Shown piece after piece: positions 1 through 9,565 of a stretch of 64,000 bases of DNA (positions are counted from its first letter, which is position 1; each line of letters starts with the position of its first letter). The translations under genes and the position numbers were made by a program. The stretch is from Armatimonadota bacterium (GTDB taxonomy: Bacteria; Armatimonadota; SYMT01). The stretch covers positions 64,001 to 128,000 of the forward strand of contig JAWLHY010000010.1 in the NCBI GenBank assembly GCA_041690135.1. Reading direction: 5' to 3'. A model generated the notes under the pieces. That model was not told the origin of the DNA and made no database searches. It saw only the letters and a list, made by a program, of their open reading frames with translations.

Positions 1-766
1 GCAGCGCCTCCGCGATCCGCAGCGCCGCGGGCAGCATGAAGAAGCCGTGACCGTCCACCATGAACTCGATCCGGTTGCCGAATCGCTCCCGGATCCGGAC
101 CAGCGGTCGGATCGTCTCCTCCAGTTCCTGCAGGCCGATCCGCATGCCGCCGTTCCGGTGCGCCACGCTGTCGAAGAGCCAGGTCTTGAATGCCGTGTAG
201 CCTTCCGAAAGCAGCTCCTCCACCAGCTCTTCCGGTGCGTGGAACAGCTTATAGGAATCCTGCAGCGGTCCCGGCTGGCCGATGGGCCCGTAGCCGGGCC
301 ACCCCTGCCGCCCTTCCGGATTGCGGCCGTACGCCGGGTTGCCCAGGCTGTTGTAGACCGGCACCTGGCTGCGGACGGGTCCCCCCAGCAGGCGGTAGAC
401 CGGTTGCCCGCAGGCCTGCCCCAGCAGGTCCCACAGGGCCAGGTCGATCGCCGAGATCGCGCGGAGTTCCGCCCCCCGCACCCCGAAGTTGGCACAGCGC
501 TCGTACAGGAAGCGCCAGTGCGACTCGATCGCCAGGGCGTCCTGCCCCAGCAGCCGCCGGGCCATCCAGTCGTGAATCAACGCGGAAACGGCGTGCGGCG
601 CGTAATAGGTCTCCCCGTGACCAATGGTGCCGGCATCCGTGTGGATGCGCAGCAGCATCAGGCCGGGCATGATGTCCGTCGGGATAACCGTCTCGATGGC
701 GGTCACCCGCACGGCCTCTTCGAGCGGCGTGGCCGGGAGGTAGGGTGCGGTTAATGGATCGGTCAT
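1..766 (-). CDS. Mandelate racemase/muconate lactonizing enzyme (enolase superfamily, acid-sugar dehydratase-like); 3' end runs off the window
   Basis: Manual translation from ATG at 766: MTDPLTAPYL...LLRIHTDAGTIGHGETYY...ELRAISAIDLALWDLLGQACGQPVYRLLGG, the MR/MLE N-terminal signature. Absent from the ORF track because it has no stop in the window. Confidence 0.88.
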   Translation of the reverse strand, partial: MTDPLTAPYLPATPLEEAVRVTAIETVIPTDIMPGLMLLRIHTDAGTIGHGETYYAPHAVSALIHDWMARRLLGQDALAIESHWRFLYERCANFGVRGAELRAISAIDLALWDLLGQACGQPVYRLLGGPVRSQVPVYNSLGNPAYGRNPEGRQGWPGYGPIGQPGPLQDSYKLFHAPEELVEELLSEGYTAFKTWLFDSVAHRNGGMRIGLQELEETIRPLVRIRERFGNRIEFMVDGHGFFMLPAALRIAEAL

Positions 767-990
767 AAGGCGTTGTAGCGGGGTTGTTCAGAAGGGTTGA
801 GATAGTGTCAGCAGAATCTTGCCCGGCCGGTACTTAACCTCCTGCCGCCACTCCTGGAGAGTTGAACGTGCCTGAAGGCTGATGCCTGGTGGAAGTTAGC
901 AGCGTTCCCCCAGGATTGGGGGCCAGGGGGCCGATCGGGTGGAAGGTCGCACCAGCCGAGAGGTGCGACGATCGAATTCTGCTCTTGACC

Positions 991-1032
991 TCCTTATCCT
1001 CGTCCTTATCGTTATCTTAATCGGCGAAGCCC
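991..1032 (-). repeat. GATWAG-type hexamer tail preceded by a small CTTCG hairpin (copy 1)
   Basis: Minus strand reads GGGCTTCGCC GATTAA GATAAC GATAAG GACGAG GATAAG, downstream of comEC. Confidence 0.7.
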
Positions 1033-1057
1033 TCTTGCTGCGGTTCTCTGCCGGGTG

Positions 1058-1083
1058 CCGGGTACCCACGAGCGGGTGTGGGC
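1058..1083 (+). repeat. REP-like dispersed repeat CCGGGTACCCAC-n-GGGTGTGGG (copy 1 of 4)
   Basis: CCGGGTACCCACGAGCGGGTGTGGGC; similar copies at 31146, 33620 and 56218. Confidence 0.7.
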
Positions 1084-1103
1084 GGTGCGGTGAGTTCCCC
1101 ACC

Positions 1104-3533
1104 CTATCGCCGGAGGAAGGTGCTCACCTCCAAGCCATCCGTCCCCAGCGTTACCGTCACCATGCCGCACTGGTCCGTTCGGGTCACGGGAATCCGTGCC
1201 GCCGCGAGCCGCTCCAGGGCCGCCCCGTGTGGGTGACCGTAGACGTTCCCGCGGCCGCACGAGATCAATGCGCCCGCCGGCCGCACCGCTTCCAGAAAAA
1301 GGGTGCTGGTAGCGCCCTGGCTGCCGTGGTGGCCCACCTTCAAGAGATCGGCACGGAGATCCGCTCCGGCTTCCACCAGTCCGGCCTCGGTGGGCTCGCC
1401 GGAGTCCCCCATCAGCAGCACGCGCGAACCGCCGGCCTCCCAGTGCGCCACCAGCGATTCCTCATTCGGGTTCTCCTCCCCCGGAGCGTCACCCGGTTCG
1501 GGAGCCAGCACCACCAACTGTGCGTCTCCCAGCTCGATCCGGTCACCCGCCGAGGCGGGGAGTTTCCGCACCCGGAACCGGTCGGCCACGGCCAGCGCCT
1601 CCTGCCACAGCGGCGTCACCTGCACGCGCGGGCTGTAGATCAGCGCCCGCACGGGCACCTCTCCCAACAGCACCGGAAGACCCCCGATGTGGTCCGCGTG
1701 CGCGTGGGATACGAGGATTGCATCCAGGCTCCCGATGCGCAGCGCGCGCAAAGTGCGGGCAAGGGGGGTCGGCCCGGAGCCCAGTGGCGGTGGACCCGCA
1801 TCCACCAGCACGTTCGATCCCCCGGAGCCCTGGATGAGAACCGCATCGCCCTGCCCGACGTCGATGGCGCGGACGGTCGGCCGGGCCGGTGGCGGCGCGG
1901 GGGTGTGCTCGAATGCCAGGAGGAGCGCAACGAGGCCCGCCACCCCACACCAGCGACCGTAGTGGCGTAGGCTGGTCGCGGTGAAAAGCGCCACCCCGCC
2001 CAGCAGCGGGAACCCCCACCCAGCCACCGGAAACACCGGCGCCGCCCCAAAGGGAGCCTGGCTGAAGAACCGTGCGTAACCGAGCACCGCATGCGCCAGA
2101 AAACCCACCACGGGTGCCAGGTAGGAAATGTCCAGGAATCCGGCTGCGGCATGGAAGATCGTCGCCCACAGCAGGAAGGTCGCCGGCGGCACCACACAAA
2201 GGTTGGCGAGAAGTGCCGACCAGCACGACGTCTGGAAGTGGTAGGCCAGCACCGGCGCCGTCGCCAGATGCGCCGCCACCGTTACGGAAACTGCAGTAGC
2301 CAGAGCCCGCCACGCCGGATGCACCGAGGAGCCTCCCTCCCTCCTTCCCCCTCCACCCTCCACACCCCCTCCACCCTCCCCTACCAGAGTCCGTTCCAGG
2401 GCCGGAGCCAATCGGACCAGACCCCACACCGCCGCAAACGAGAGCTGTGCGCCGATGTCGAACACGGCGAACGGGTTCGCTGCCAGCATCGCCAGCGCCG
2501 CGATACCGAGGCAATTCTCCCCATCCGTCTGCCGCAGGAACGCCCGGCCCAGAATCACCGTCAGACCCAGAACGGAGGCGCGGAGAATGGATGCGTCACC
2601 GGAGGTGGTGAGATAGAAGAGGAAGAGAACTCCCACCCCAAGCGTCCAGAAGAGGACACGGAACAGCCACAGCCGCCGAGATAGCCAAAGGAAGGGGCCA
2701 AGGACCAGGCCAACCTGCGTGCCGGAGACCACCAGCAGGTGGATCGTTCCGGAACGGCGGAAAGTTTCCTCCAGCACCGTCGCCCGCTCCGGGTCGCCAC
2801 CCGGGTCGGTCCCGATCAGGAACCGGTTGGCGATGGCCGCGGCATCCGCTTGGAGTGTAGCCCGATTAAACGCCGACACGTGCTCCCGCAGCCGCCGGGC
2901 CATCTCCGTCCACGGGGGACCTTTCCGGTATCCCAACCGGCGGAAGCCCCGTTCGTGCGGGTCCAGCCGCACCCGCACACCCCGAACTTGCCAGTAGCGC
3001 CGGGCATCGAAACCGCCGGGATTGGTGGCAGGCAGGATCTCCTTAAGCACCCCACTCGCCTGCACCTGGTCCCCTTCGCGCACACTCACCGGCGCCGCCA
3101 ATCCCACGCGCCCGCCCAACGGGACCCAACCCGCAGGCGAGTGGCGCCGCTCGACCTGCAGTATCGCCCGCGCCCCTTCAGCGTCTTCCGAGAGCACCCG
3201 GACTACCACTCCGGCTATGGTGACGGCCCGGCCCGGCTGGAGCGCGGGGTCCAGTCCGGCAGTCAAGCTGCGAAACCCCCACACCGCCGCCAGCAAGAAG
3301 AAGAACACCGGGCTGGCCGCCCAGAACTGCCTCCCCGCTGCCACTACGGTCAGGAGCAGCGTCCCGCTGGCCAGCAGGGGCAGCGGCGAGAACTCCAGGT
3401 GCCAGGCGTCCGCTGCCAGGATGCCCGCAATAACCGCCAGCGCCCACCAGAAGCACGGGCGCCGGTAGAACCCCGTCCGGCACGCCAGGAGGATCCGGCG
3501 CTGCAAGTTAGCCGTGCTGCCTGCGGTGTTCAT
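1104..3533 (-). CDS. comEC: DNA internalization competence protein ComEC/Rec2 (OB/DUF4131, Competence and metallo-beta-lactamase domains)
   Basis: 809 aa; NPGGFD, HLLVVSG, DVGQGDA, SHAHADHIGG, KVGHHGS and NVYGHPH motifs; many TM segments. Confidence 0.95.
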   Translation of the reverse strand: MNTAGSTANLQRRILLACRTGFYRRPCFWWALAVIAGILAADAWHLEFSPLPLLASGTLLLTVVAAGRQFWAASPVFFFLLAAVWGFRSLTAGLDPALQPGRAVTIAGVVVRVLSEDAEGARAILQVERRHSPAGWVPLGGRVGLAAPVSVREGDQVQASGVLKEILPATNPGGFDARRYWQVRGVRVRLDPHERGFRRLGYRKGPPWTEMARRLREHVSAFNRATLQADAAAIANRFLIGTDPGGDPERATVLEETFRRSGTIHLLVVSGTQVGLVLGPFLWLSRRLWLFRVLFWTLGVGVLFLFYLTTSGDASILRASVLGLTVILGRAFLRQTDGENCLGIAALAMLAANPFAVFDIGAQLSFAAVWGLVRLAPALERTLVGEGGGGVEGGGGRREGGSSVHPAWRALATAVSVTVAAHLATAPVLAYHFQTSCWSALLANLCVVPPATFLLWATIFHAAAGFLDISYLAPVVGFLAHAVLGYARFFSQAPFGAAPVFPVAGWGFPLLGGVALFTATSLRHYGRWCGVAGLVALLLAFEHTPAPPPARPTVRAIDVGQGDAVLIQGSGGSNVLVDAGPPPLGSGPTPLARTLRALRIGSLDAILVSHAHADHIGGLPVLLGEVPVRALIYSPRVQVTPLWQEALAVADRFRVRKLPASAGDRIELGDAQLVVLAPEPGDAPGEENPNEESLVAHWEAGGSRVLLMGDSGEPTEAGLVEAGADLRADLLKVGHHGSQGATSTLFLEAVRPAGALISCGRGNVYGHPHGAALERLAAARIPVTRTDQCGMVTVTLGTDGLEVSTFLRR

Positions 3534-3550
3534 CAGGAGTAATTGGCCAC

Positions 3551-3747
3551 CTCAAGCCATCAACCTACCCACAGTTAACTCTCGCAGGAGGTCTCAACCC
3601 CTGTCCCCCCAAGGGGGTCCTCAACCCCAGGCCTCCGTCGGGACCTCAACCTTCCAACCATTAGCCCCCAAGTGGGCCTCAACCTTCAACCCTTGGCACC
3701 CGAGGGGGGCTTCAACCTTCAACCTTCAACTTGCCAACCTTCAAACC
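3551..3747. repeat. Array of TCAACCY heptamers interleaved with variable 14-17 nt GC hairpins
   Basis: About 10 TCAACC/CCAACC units; spacers CCCCCCAAGGGGGTCC, GCCTCCGTCGGGACC, GCCCCCAAGTGGGCC, GGCACCCGAGGGGGGC. Confidence 0.75.
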
Positions 3748-4122
3748 CGGATCAGCCTCCGCCAAACCGCACCAGCACTGGGGATTCGGTAATCTGCCGA
3801 GGAAAAGCTCGGCCTCTAGTTGAAACCCTTAGCGGACATCATCTCTCTCAGGCGTTATTGGAGATCCAAAAGGCGCACGTTGCGACATCTGCGTTACGTG
3901 CTGCAAGCAAGTGGGTATATCACCACCGGGCGTGCTGCCTTGTCGTCGAGCCGGCTTATCCGCACCGTATCCCAACAGCCGTAGCTCTGGGCCAGGCCCA
4001 GCGTCGTATCCCCGTTCGCCGAGGCGAACGCTTCATTCGATCGTTTCCGGCCCTCCATTCCGGATGGCACGCTTTCAGGGCATTCGATCACCTTGGGAAA
4101 AGAGATCTCGCACGAAGCAGGC

Positions 4123-5004
4123 ATGCACCACCTGATAGATCAGGTGGTCCCCGCCTTCGAGCCGCAAGAAGAGCCCGTATCTGCGGAGCCCACCCATCCC
4201 TACTGGCCGACCGGCGCCGATGCCGCGTTGCTGACCGCCGATGAGGAGGTCGCCCTGGCCCGTGAGATCCGGGCGGGAAATCCGGAGGCCCGGCAGCGGA
4301 TGGTCGAGTCGAACCTTCGGCTCGTCATCTCCATCGCCAAGCGGTATCGCTGTCGCGGACTTTCCTTCGAGGACCTGGTGCAGGAGGGCATTATCGGACT
4401 GATGGCGGCGATCGCCCGGTTCGATCCGGATAAGGGGTACCGCTTCAGCACCTACGCGACCCACTGGATCCGTCAGGCGATCGGACGGGCCATCGACAAC
4501 CACAGCCGGTTGATCCGCCTGCCGAGTCACGTCTCCGACTCCATGCGCAAGTTGGAGCGCTGCCGGATGCTTCTGGCCCGTCGGCTCGGACGCCAACCCA
4601 CCCTGGGTGAGCTCGCCCAGGAAACGGAGCTCCCGCTAAAGAAGATCCAGAGCCTGGTGCAATCTTGCCAGGAGCCGCTTTCGCTCGACGCAATGTTGGG
4701 CGAAGCGGAAGAAACCTCTTTGGGCGACCTTCTGCTGGATACAGGGGCGCCGGACCCGGAACTGGTCACTATCCGCAGCCGCGGAAGGGAGGCGCTGGAG
4801 GTAATGCTCAGCGTACTCCGGCCTAGGGAACGCCGCGTGATCGAAAAGCGGTTTGGCTTCGTCGACGGCCGCGTTCATTCGCTCCAGGAAGTGGGAGAGC
4901 AGATGAAGATGTCGCGGGAGGGCGTCCGCCAGATTGAAGTTCGCGCCCTTCGCAAGCTGAGAGAAGCCGCTCACCTCCAGCGCCTGGAGGATTACCCGGT
5001 CTGA
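4123..5004 (+). CDS. RNA polymerase sigma70 factor, RpoD/RpoS (group 1/2)-like, lacking region 1.1
   Basis: LLTADEEVALA, NLRLVISIAKRY, DLVQEGIIGL, FDPDKGYRFSTYAT, region 4 SLQEVG..SREGVRQIE. Start at ATG 4123 or TTG 4093. Confidence 0.93.
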   Translation: MHHLIDQVVPAFEPQEEPVSAEPTHPYWPTGADAALLTADEEVALAREIRAGNPEARQRMVESNLRLVISIAKRYRCRGLSFEDLVQEGIIGLMAAIARFDPDKGYRFSTYATHWIRQAIGRAIDNHSRLIRLPSHVSDSMRKLERCRMLLARRLGRQPTLGELAQETELPLKKIQSLVQSCQEPLSLDAMLGEAEETSLGDLLLDTGAPDPELVTIRSRGREALEVMLSVLRPRERRVIEKRFGFVDGRVHSLQEVGEQMKMSREGVRQIEVRALRKLREAAHLQRLEDYPV

Positions 5005-5243
5005 GCGGGAGAGAGTCTCCATCCTCATTCGGGCTGCCCTCTTCCCCAGCGGAGAGGGCAGCCCGTAACTTTGTTGCGCGTCTGTTGGCCTTTGCTTTTC
5101 CCGTAACGGATCCTCCTAGATCAGCGTTAGGGAATTCGAACCGCAAAACAGATAAACAACTCCCGGAGCTGCTGTGTTCGGTTGTCCACCGGCACGGCAT
5201 GATGAAACTTAACGGCCTATCCGAAGCAATTACCCATCCCGGC

Positions 5244-5705
5244 ATGCGCTGGCTCGCCGGTAACCTGATCGTCCTGTTCGTAGGGGGCGCGATCCTTTAT
5301 GGGCGCATGCGACCGCCCAGCATGGCGGGCGCGGAATTTCATCACGCCAATCTGGCCTACGCCAATCTCCAGCGCGCCGACCTGGGCGGCGCCACGTTGC
5401 TCAATTGCGATCTGGGACGCTCCGATCTTTCTGGAGCATACCTGCGGGGGGCTAGCCTGGTTAACTCGAACCTCGCGGGGACCGATCTTCGGGGGGCCGA
5501 CCTCCGGGAAGCAGACCTCCGTGGCGTCAACCTGGATAATGCCATTCTGAACGACACGGATCTTCGGTCCGCGGTCTACGACCGCAACACTACCTGGCCC
5601 TCGGGGTTCGATCCGGAGGCCCTCGGCGCCGTTCCTGGCCCCACCGTTCCATCCCAAGCAGGGCCGTACGCATCCGTGCGCACTCGCGCCCCCCACACGT
5701 TCTAG
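5244..5705 (+). CDS. Pentapeptide repeat protein with N-terminal TM anchor
   Basis: A(D/N)LXX repeats followed by YDRNTTWPSGFDP; start uncertain (5199 or 5244). Confidence 0.8.
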   Translation: MRWLAGNLIVLFVGGAILYGRMRPPSMAGAEFHHANLAYANLQRADLGGATLLNCDLGRSDLSGAYLRGASLVNSNLAGTDLRGADLREADLRGVNLDNAILNDTDLRSAVYDRNTTWPSGFDPEALGAVPGPTVPSQAGPYASVRTRAPHTF

Positions 5706-5796
5706 CCGCCACAGCGGAATGGAGCGCAGGGGGGCCCGAAGGCCTGAACGTTTACCCCCCACAGGGGTCCAAACTCCCTTCATCCTTCCGCCTTCC

Positions 5797-5837
5797 TTAT
5801 CCTAATCGTAATCCGAATCCTAATCCACCGAAGGCCC
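5797..5837 (-). repeat. GATWAG hexamer tail with GGCCTTCGG hairpin (copy 2)
   Basis: Minus strand GGCCTTCGGTG GATTAG GATTCG GATTAC GATTAG GATAAG, just after the sulfurtransferase stop. Confidence 0.75.
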
Positions 5838-5843
5838 TTCCCC

Positions 5844-6737
5844 CTATTCGTCCCGCTCCACCGGCAGCTCCATCCGGGCGGTCCACTCGTTCCACGATCC
5901 GTCATAGTTGCTGAGGCGAGGATAACCCAACATGCTTAGCGCGAACAGCACGGAAGTGGCGGCTACCCCGCCGTTGCAGTAGGCGATAATCTCCCGATCC
6001 GGGCTTACTCCAGCCTCCTGGATCAGTGCTTGCAGGCGCTCTGGGGTTTCGAAGGTGCCGTCGGGCCGCATCAGGCGCTCGCGTGGGAAGTTGAGAGCGC
6101 CGGGAACTCGGCCTCCACGCGGTCCCCGGCGGATCCGTCCGGAATACTGGCCTTCGTCACGGGCATCCACCAGGCACACTTCGGGAGCCCCCAGGCGCGC
6201 CACCACCTCTTCGGCCGTCTTTCGCCAGCCTATCTGCGGCCTTGGGGTAAACGTGGCGGGCGGAAACTCGGGAACTTCCGCAGTCAGGAGACGCCCCTCC
6301 GCCTGCCACCTCCGCAGTCCGCCATTGAGGACGCGGCAGTTCTCGTGCCCGTAGTAGCGCAGCACCCACCACAGGCGAGTCGCAAACTGACCGGACGGAT
6401 GATCGTCGTAGGCGACCACCAGGTGCTCGTCACCGATGCCGCGCTCGCCCAGCACGCGCGCGAGCTTCTCCGGAGGCGCCACCTGCGCGGGTACCGGATC
6501 GTGCTCGTCTATCAGGTCACTGGTCCAGTCCAGGTAGATGGCGGCGGGAATGTGGCCCACCGCATACGCTTCCGGGCGTCCCTGGTATTGGGCCGTCTGG
6601 AATCCGGTATCGTCGGTCTCGGTGGCCACCTGACCCCGCATATCCACAATCCGCAGATTCGGGTCGGACAGGTGCGCCTCGAGCCAGTCGGTCTCGACCA
6701 GGTGTTCGGCGCGCAGTTTCAGCAAGTCCGGCGACAT
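5844..6737 (-). CDS. Two-domain rhodanese / 3-mercaptopyruvate sulfurtransferase (SseA family)
   Basis: LVETDWL, GHIPAA, RLWW.L...GH, active-site YCNGGVAA, YDGSWNEW. Confidence 0.93.
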   Translation of the reverse strand: MSPDLLKLRAEHLVETDWLEAHLSDPNLRIVDMRGQVATETDDTGFQTAQYQGRPEAYAVGHIPAAIYLDWTSDLIDEHDPVPAQVAPPEKLARVLGERGIGDEHLVVAYDDHPSGQFATRLWWVLRYYGHENCRVLNGGLRRWQAEGRLLTAEVPEFPPATFTPRPQIGWRKTAEEVVARLGAPEVCLVDARDEGQYSGRIRRGPRGGRVPGALNFPRERLMRPDGTFETPERLQALIQEAGVSPDREIIAYCNGGVAATSVLFALSMLGYPRLSNYDGSWNEWTARMELPVERDE

Positions 6738-6904
6738 GGATACTCTCCTTCTCGCATTCGTTCCGTGGGATAGGTTCTAGGCTCCGGCTGGGTAATCTAA
6801 CGAAAGTGATCCCGGCGCACGGGAGTTTTCGTCCGGGATGAGACGAATTCCCTCCGGAGCGATCGGCAATGGGGATACAGTACTGAGGAGAGGATGCCGC
6901 AAAG

Positions 6905-8929
6905 ATGACCCTGGCTGCCACACGACCCCTAACCGAACTGTTCCCCTTCCCCCTGGACGACTTTCAGGTGGATGCGATCCACCGGATCGAGGAGGGGCAC
7001 AGCGTACTGGTCTGCGCCCCCACCGGCGCCGGCAAGACCGTCATAGCCGAGTACGCGATCCACAAGGCGCTGGGTGAGGGCCGCCGGGTCTTCTATACCA
7101 CACCCCTGAAGGCACTCTCCAACCAGAAGTTTCGCGACCTGGGCGCCGCCCTGGGTGAACACCGGGTCGGCCTGCTGACCGGCGATGTCAGCGTCAACCG
7201 GGAAGCCGACGTGGTGGTGATGACCACGGAAGTCTTCCGCAATATGCTGTACGGCACCACGCTGGGTGCGGTGGAGACCAACCTGCGGAACGTCGGATTC
7301 GTGATCCTGGACGAAGTCCACTACATGAACGACGAACAACGGGGCACCGTTTGGGAAGAATCGATCATCTACTGCCCCCCTTCGATCCAGCTGGTGGCCC
7401 TATCCGCGACGGTGGCGAACGCGGTCGACCTCGCCGCCTGGATGAACCAGGTCCACGGCGACACGACCCTGATCTCCACCGACTTCCGGCCCGTGCCGCT
7501 GCGCTTCCACTACTTCGATGGGCGCAACCTGGTGCATCTCCTCCGGCGCACCGCGTCCACGGGCGATCACAAACAGCGGGTGGACCCGAACACCGGCCGT
7601 AAGTTGCGCAAGTGGGAGATGATGCCCGAACCGGACGCCCTGGTGGACATCCTGGCCGAGAAAGAGATGCTCCCGGCGATCTACTTCGTCTTCAGTCGCA
7701 AGGGCTGCGATTCAGCGATGCTCGGGTGCGCCCACCTACAGCTGCTGAAAGAAGAAGAGATCAACCGGATGGAGTCCATGCTCGAGGACCACGTGCGGAA
7801 CTACCCCTCGGTGGCCGACCATCCGCACCTGCCTTACCTGTTCCGTGGGTTGGCGGTGCACCATGCCGGCCTACTGCCCACCTGGAAGGTGCTGGTGGAG
7901 CGCCTGTTCCAGGCCAACCTAATTAAAGTGGTATTTGCGACGGAAACGCTGGCCGCGGGCATCAACATGCCGGCACGGACGACGGTCCTCTCCAGCATCA
8001 CCAAGCGGAGCGATCAGGGGCACAGGCCCCTTACTGCAAGTGAGTTCCTGCAGATGTCGGGGCGTGCCGGGCGACGGGGGATGGATAAGGTCGGGCACGT
8101 CGCAGTAGTGGCCAGCCCGTACCAGACGGTGGCAGAGGCGCAGGCCCTGGCGCAGGCCCCGCCGGACCCCCTGGGGAGCCGCTTTACTCCCACCTATGGC
8201 ATGGTGCTGAATCTGCTGCAGCGGCACACCCTGGAAGAGGCGCAGTTCCTCATCTCGCGCAGTTTCGGCGAGTTCCTGGAGGAGAAGCGCCGCCGGCGCC
8301 CCGGGCGTCGCAAGGGCAAGGAGCGTCGGGAGAAGGGCCAGGAGGCCCCGCAAGAGGCGGTTAACTGGCAGCGGTTCCTGCGCCTCCGGGACGTGCTTCA
8401 GCACTTCGGCTACATGGAGCGGGACCACCCCACCCCCCACGGCGTGACGGCGGCGGCCCTGCGCGCCGAGCATGAACTGCTGGTGGCGGAGGCGCTCTTC
8501 TCGGGCGCCATGGACGACCTCACCGCTCCGCAGTTCGCGGCTGTAACCACGGCCCTCGTAGCGGAAGAGCTCCGGCCCACGGCCTGGATCAAGGCGGGGC
8601 CGGACCAGCGGGCCTGCAGCGCCCTGAAGCAAATTGTCCGCACGGCGCGCGAGATCCGCATCATCCAGAACCGGCACCGGCTCGACCTGCCCACCCGCAT
8701 CCATTCCGACTGCTCCGGCCTCACTCAACTCTGGGCGGAAGACGCGGATTGGGATTATCTGATGGGCTTCACTAACCTGGACGAGGGGGATGTGGTGCGG
8801 ATCCTCCGGCGGACAGTCGACCTTCTGGAGCAGATCCAACACGCCCCCATGCTCGATGACGCCCTCCGAAACCGCGCCCGCGAAGCCATCGCGGCCATGG
8901 ACCGGGAACCGGTAAGGGAAGTCATGTAG
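6905..8929 (+). CDS. Ski2-like DExH RNA helicase (HelY family) with DSHCT C-terminus
   Basis: APTGAGKT, PLKALSNQK, DEVH, SAT, QMSGRAGRRG, DEGDVVRILRR. Confidence 0.93.
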   Translation: MTLAATRPLTELFPFPLDDFQVDAIHRIEEGHSVLVCAPTGAGKTVIAEYAIHKALGEGRRVFYTTPLKALSNQKFRDLGAALGEHRVGLLTGDVSVNREADVVVMTTEVFRNMLYGTTLGAVETNLRNVGFVILDEVHYMNDEQRGTVWEESIIYCPPSIQLVALSATVANAVDLAAWMNQVHGDTTLISTDFRPVPLRFHYFDGRNLVHLLRRTASTGDHKQRVDPNTGRKLRKWEMMPEPDALVDILAEKEMLPAIYFVFSRKGCDSAMLGCAHLQLLKEEEINRMESMLEDHVRNYPSVADHPHLPYLFRGLAVHHAGLLPTWKVLVERLFQANLIKVVFATETLAAGINMPARTTVLSSITKRSDQGHRPLTASEFLQMSGRAGRRGMDKVGHVAVVASPYQTVAEAQALAQAPPDPLGSRFTPTYGMVLNLLQRHTLEEAQFLISRSFGEFLEEKRRRRPGRRKGKERREKGQEAPQEAVNWQRFLRLRDVLQHFGYMERDHPTPHGVTAAALRAEHELLVAEALFSGAMDDLTAPQFAAVTTALVAEELRPTAWIKAGPDQRACSALKQIVRTAREIRIIQNRHRLDLPTRIHSDCSGLTQLWAEDADWDYLMGFTNLDEGDVVRILRRTVDLLEQIQHAPMLDDALRNRAREAIAAMDREPVREVM

Positions 8930-9053
8930 GCCTTCGGCCGATAAGGATAAGGATAAAGAGGGGCGGCGAGGGCATCTGGGGTCTGGCGCACTTGCCGTCA
9001 GGCCCGCCAGTCCTTCACACTGTTTTCTTCCTTCTTTATCTTTATCCTTATCC
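8929..9053. repeat. Inverted pair of GATAAG hexamer tails (copies 3 and 4)
   Basis: GGCCTTCGGCC GATAAG GATAAG GATAAA at 8929-8957; CTTTATCTTTATCCTTATCC at 9034-9053 in the opposite orientation. Confidence 0.75.
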
Positions 9054-9144
9054 ACCACAGGTCCCGGAAGTCTTTTTTGAACCTGGTGCTGGGGGGCGCC
9101 GTCTATGGGTGCAGATCCCTTTTTTGATAAGGAGCACCCCGAAG

Positions 9145-9540
9145 ATGAATCGCTGGCTCACCTCTCTCACCGCCGTGCTGGCGCTTGCTATTGCCACCCC
9201 CGCCGTTGTCGGCACCGTCAGCCCCGCCTACGCCCAGGGCGCTGCTGCCAAGGGTAAGGGGAAGGGCAAGAACGGCGGCCCCATCAAGAAGCTGGAAACC
9301 ACCCTGGCGAGCCTCAACCTCACCGCCGAGCAGAAGCCGAAGGTCGATGATGCCCTGAACGCCTTCAAGGCGGAAGCGAAGAAGATCGCGGATGCCGGCG
9401 GCACTCCCCAGGAGAACCGCCAGAAGATGCGGCCGGTACGGCAGAGCCTGATGAAGAAGCTGGGCGGCATCCTCACCCCCGAGCAGATGACGAAGCTGAA
9501 AGAAGCCACGGCTCGCAAGAAGAAGCCCGCTGCCCAGTAG
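9145..9540 (+). CDS. Secreted small basic protein, Spy/CpxP (LTxxQ) family-like
   Basis: RBS AAGGAG; signal peptide ending AYA; LNLTAEQK and ILTPEQ motifs. Confidence 0.8.
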   Translation: MNRWLTSLTAVLALAIATPAVVGTVSPAYAQGAAAKGKGKGKNGGPIKKLETTLASLNLTAEQKPKVDDALNAFKAEAKKIADAGGTPQENRQKMRPVRQSLMKKLGGILTPEQMTKLKEATARKKKPAAQ

Positions 9541-9565
9541 GCGCCGAGCTCTCCTTCTCTACTTG

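Noticed and set aside
3551-3747. Possible CRISPR array
   Set aside because: The constant part is only 6-7 bp, the spacers are short and mutually similar, and there are no cas genes.
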